A stretch of DNA of 64,000 bases from Nemertoderma westbladi (Eukaryota; Animalia; Xenacoelomorpha), in the NCBI GenBank assembly GCA_032718475.1, contig JAUCBJ010005876.1:6174-70173 (forward strand). The letters run 5' to 3'. Positions 63,807 to 64,000 of this stretch are shown here, in pieces; the stretch's first letter is position 1, and each line of letters starts with the position of its first letter. Position numbers and translations under genes: made by a program. The notes below the pieces were generated by a model. It did no database searches and was not told the origin of the DNA. It saw nothing but the letters and a program-made list of their open reading frames with translations.

Positions 63807-64000
63807 AGAGGGGTTGATTCGATTATGAATTTATGAATATAATTACACAATAATCAATTACATACATTGTGTAAAGTAGCTGAGAAACTGTAGAAAGTCA
63901 CATAAAGTTTATACATACGAGTCGTTATACACAAATTTAAACCAATATTACTTTACTTAAACGCCGTTTAATGGAAGCGAGTTGGGATCAAGACCCACGG

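Overview
AT-rich, repeat-rich genomic DNA from an animal, probably a marine invertebrate. It is not prokaryotic and contains no CRISPR array. Recognisable genes: two U2 snRNA copies in a duplicated ~1.4-kb cassette, an intronless nicotinic acetylcholine receptor alpha-type subunit, a three-exon POU class III gene, an intronless bacterial-looking SDR oxidoreductase, the last three exons of RPL8 (uL2) on the minus strand, and an uninterrupted ARMC3 ORF. The rest is a decayed RTE-type LINE, Penelope-like GIY-YIG fragments, tRNA-derived SINE heads, several MITE-like elements and many tandem arrays (17, ~20, 21, 44, 51, 52 and 101 bp units). The most striking structure is the 5.7-kb last intron of RPL8. 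It holds the whole ARMC3 gene on the same strand, with an RFX X-box plus forkhead motif upstream and its own AATAAA. It also holds 37 copies of a 17-mer that reads UACUUACCU (the U1 snRNA 5' end) + CUAAC + UGCAG in the RPL8 pre-mRNA, starting ~80 nt after a donor site to which it is complementary. All assignments come from reading the sequence and from recalled family motifs; no searches were run.
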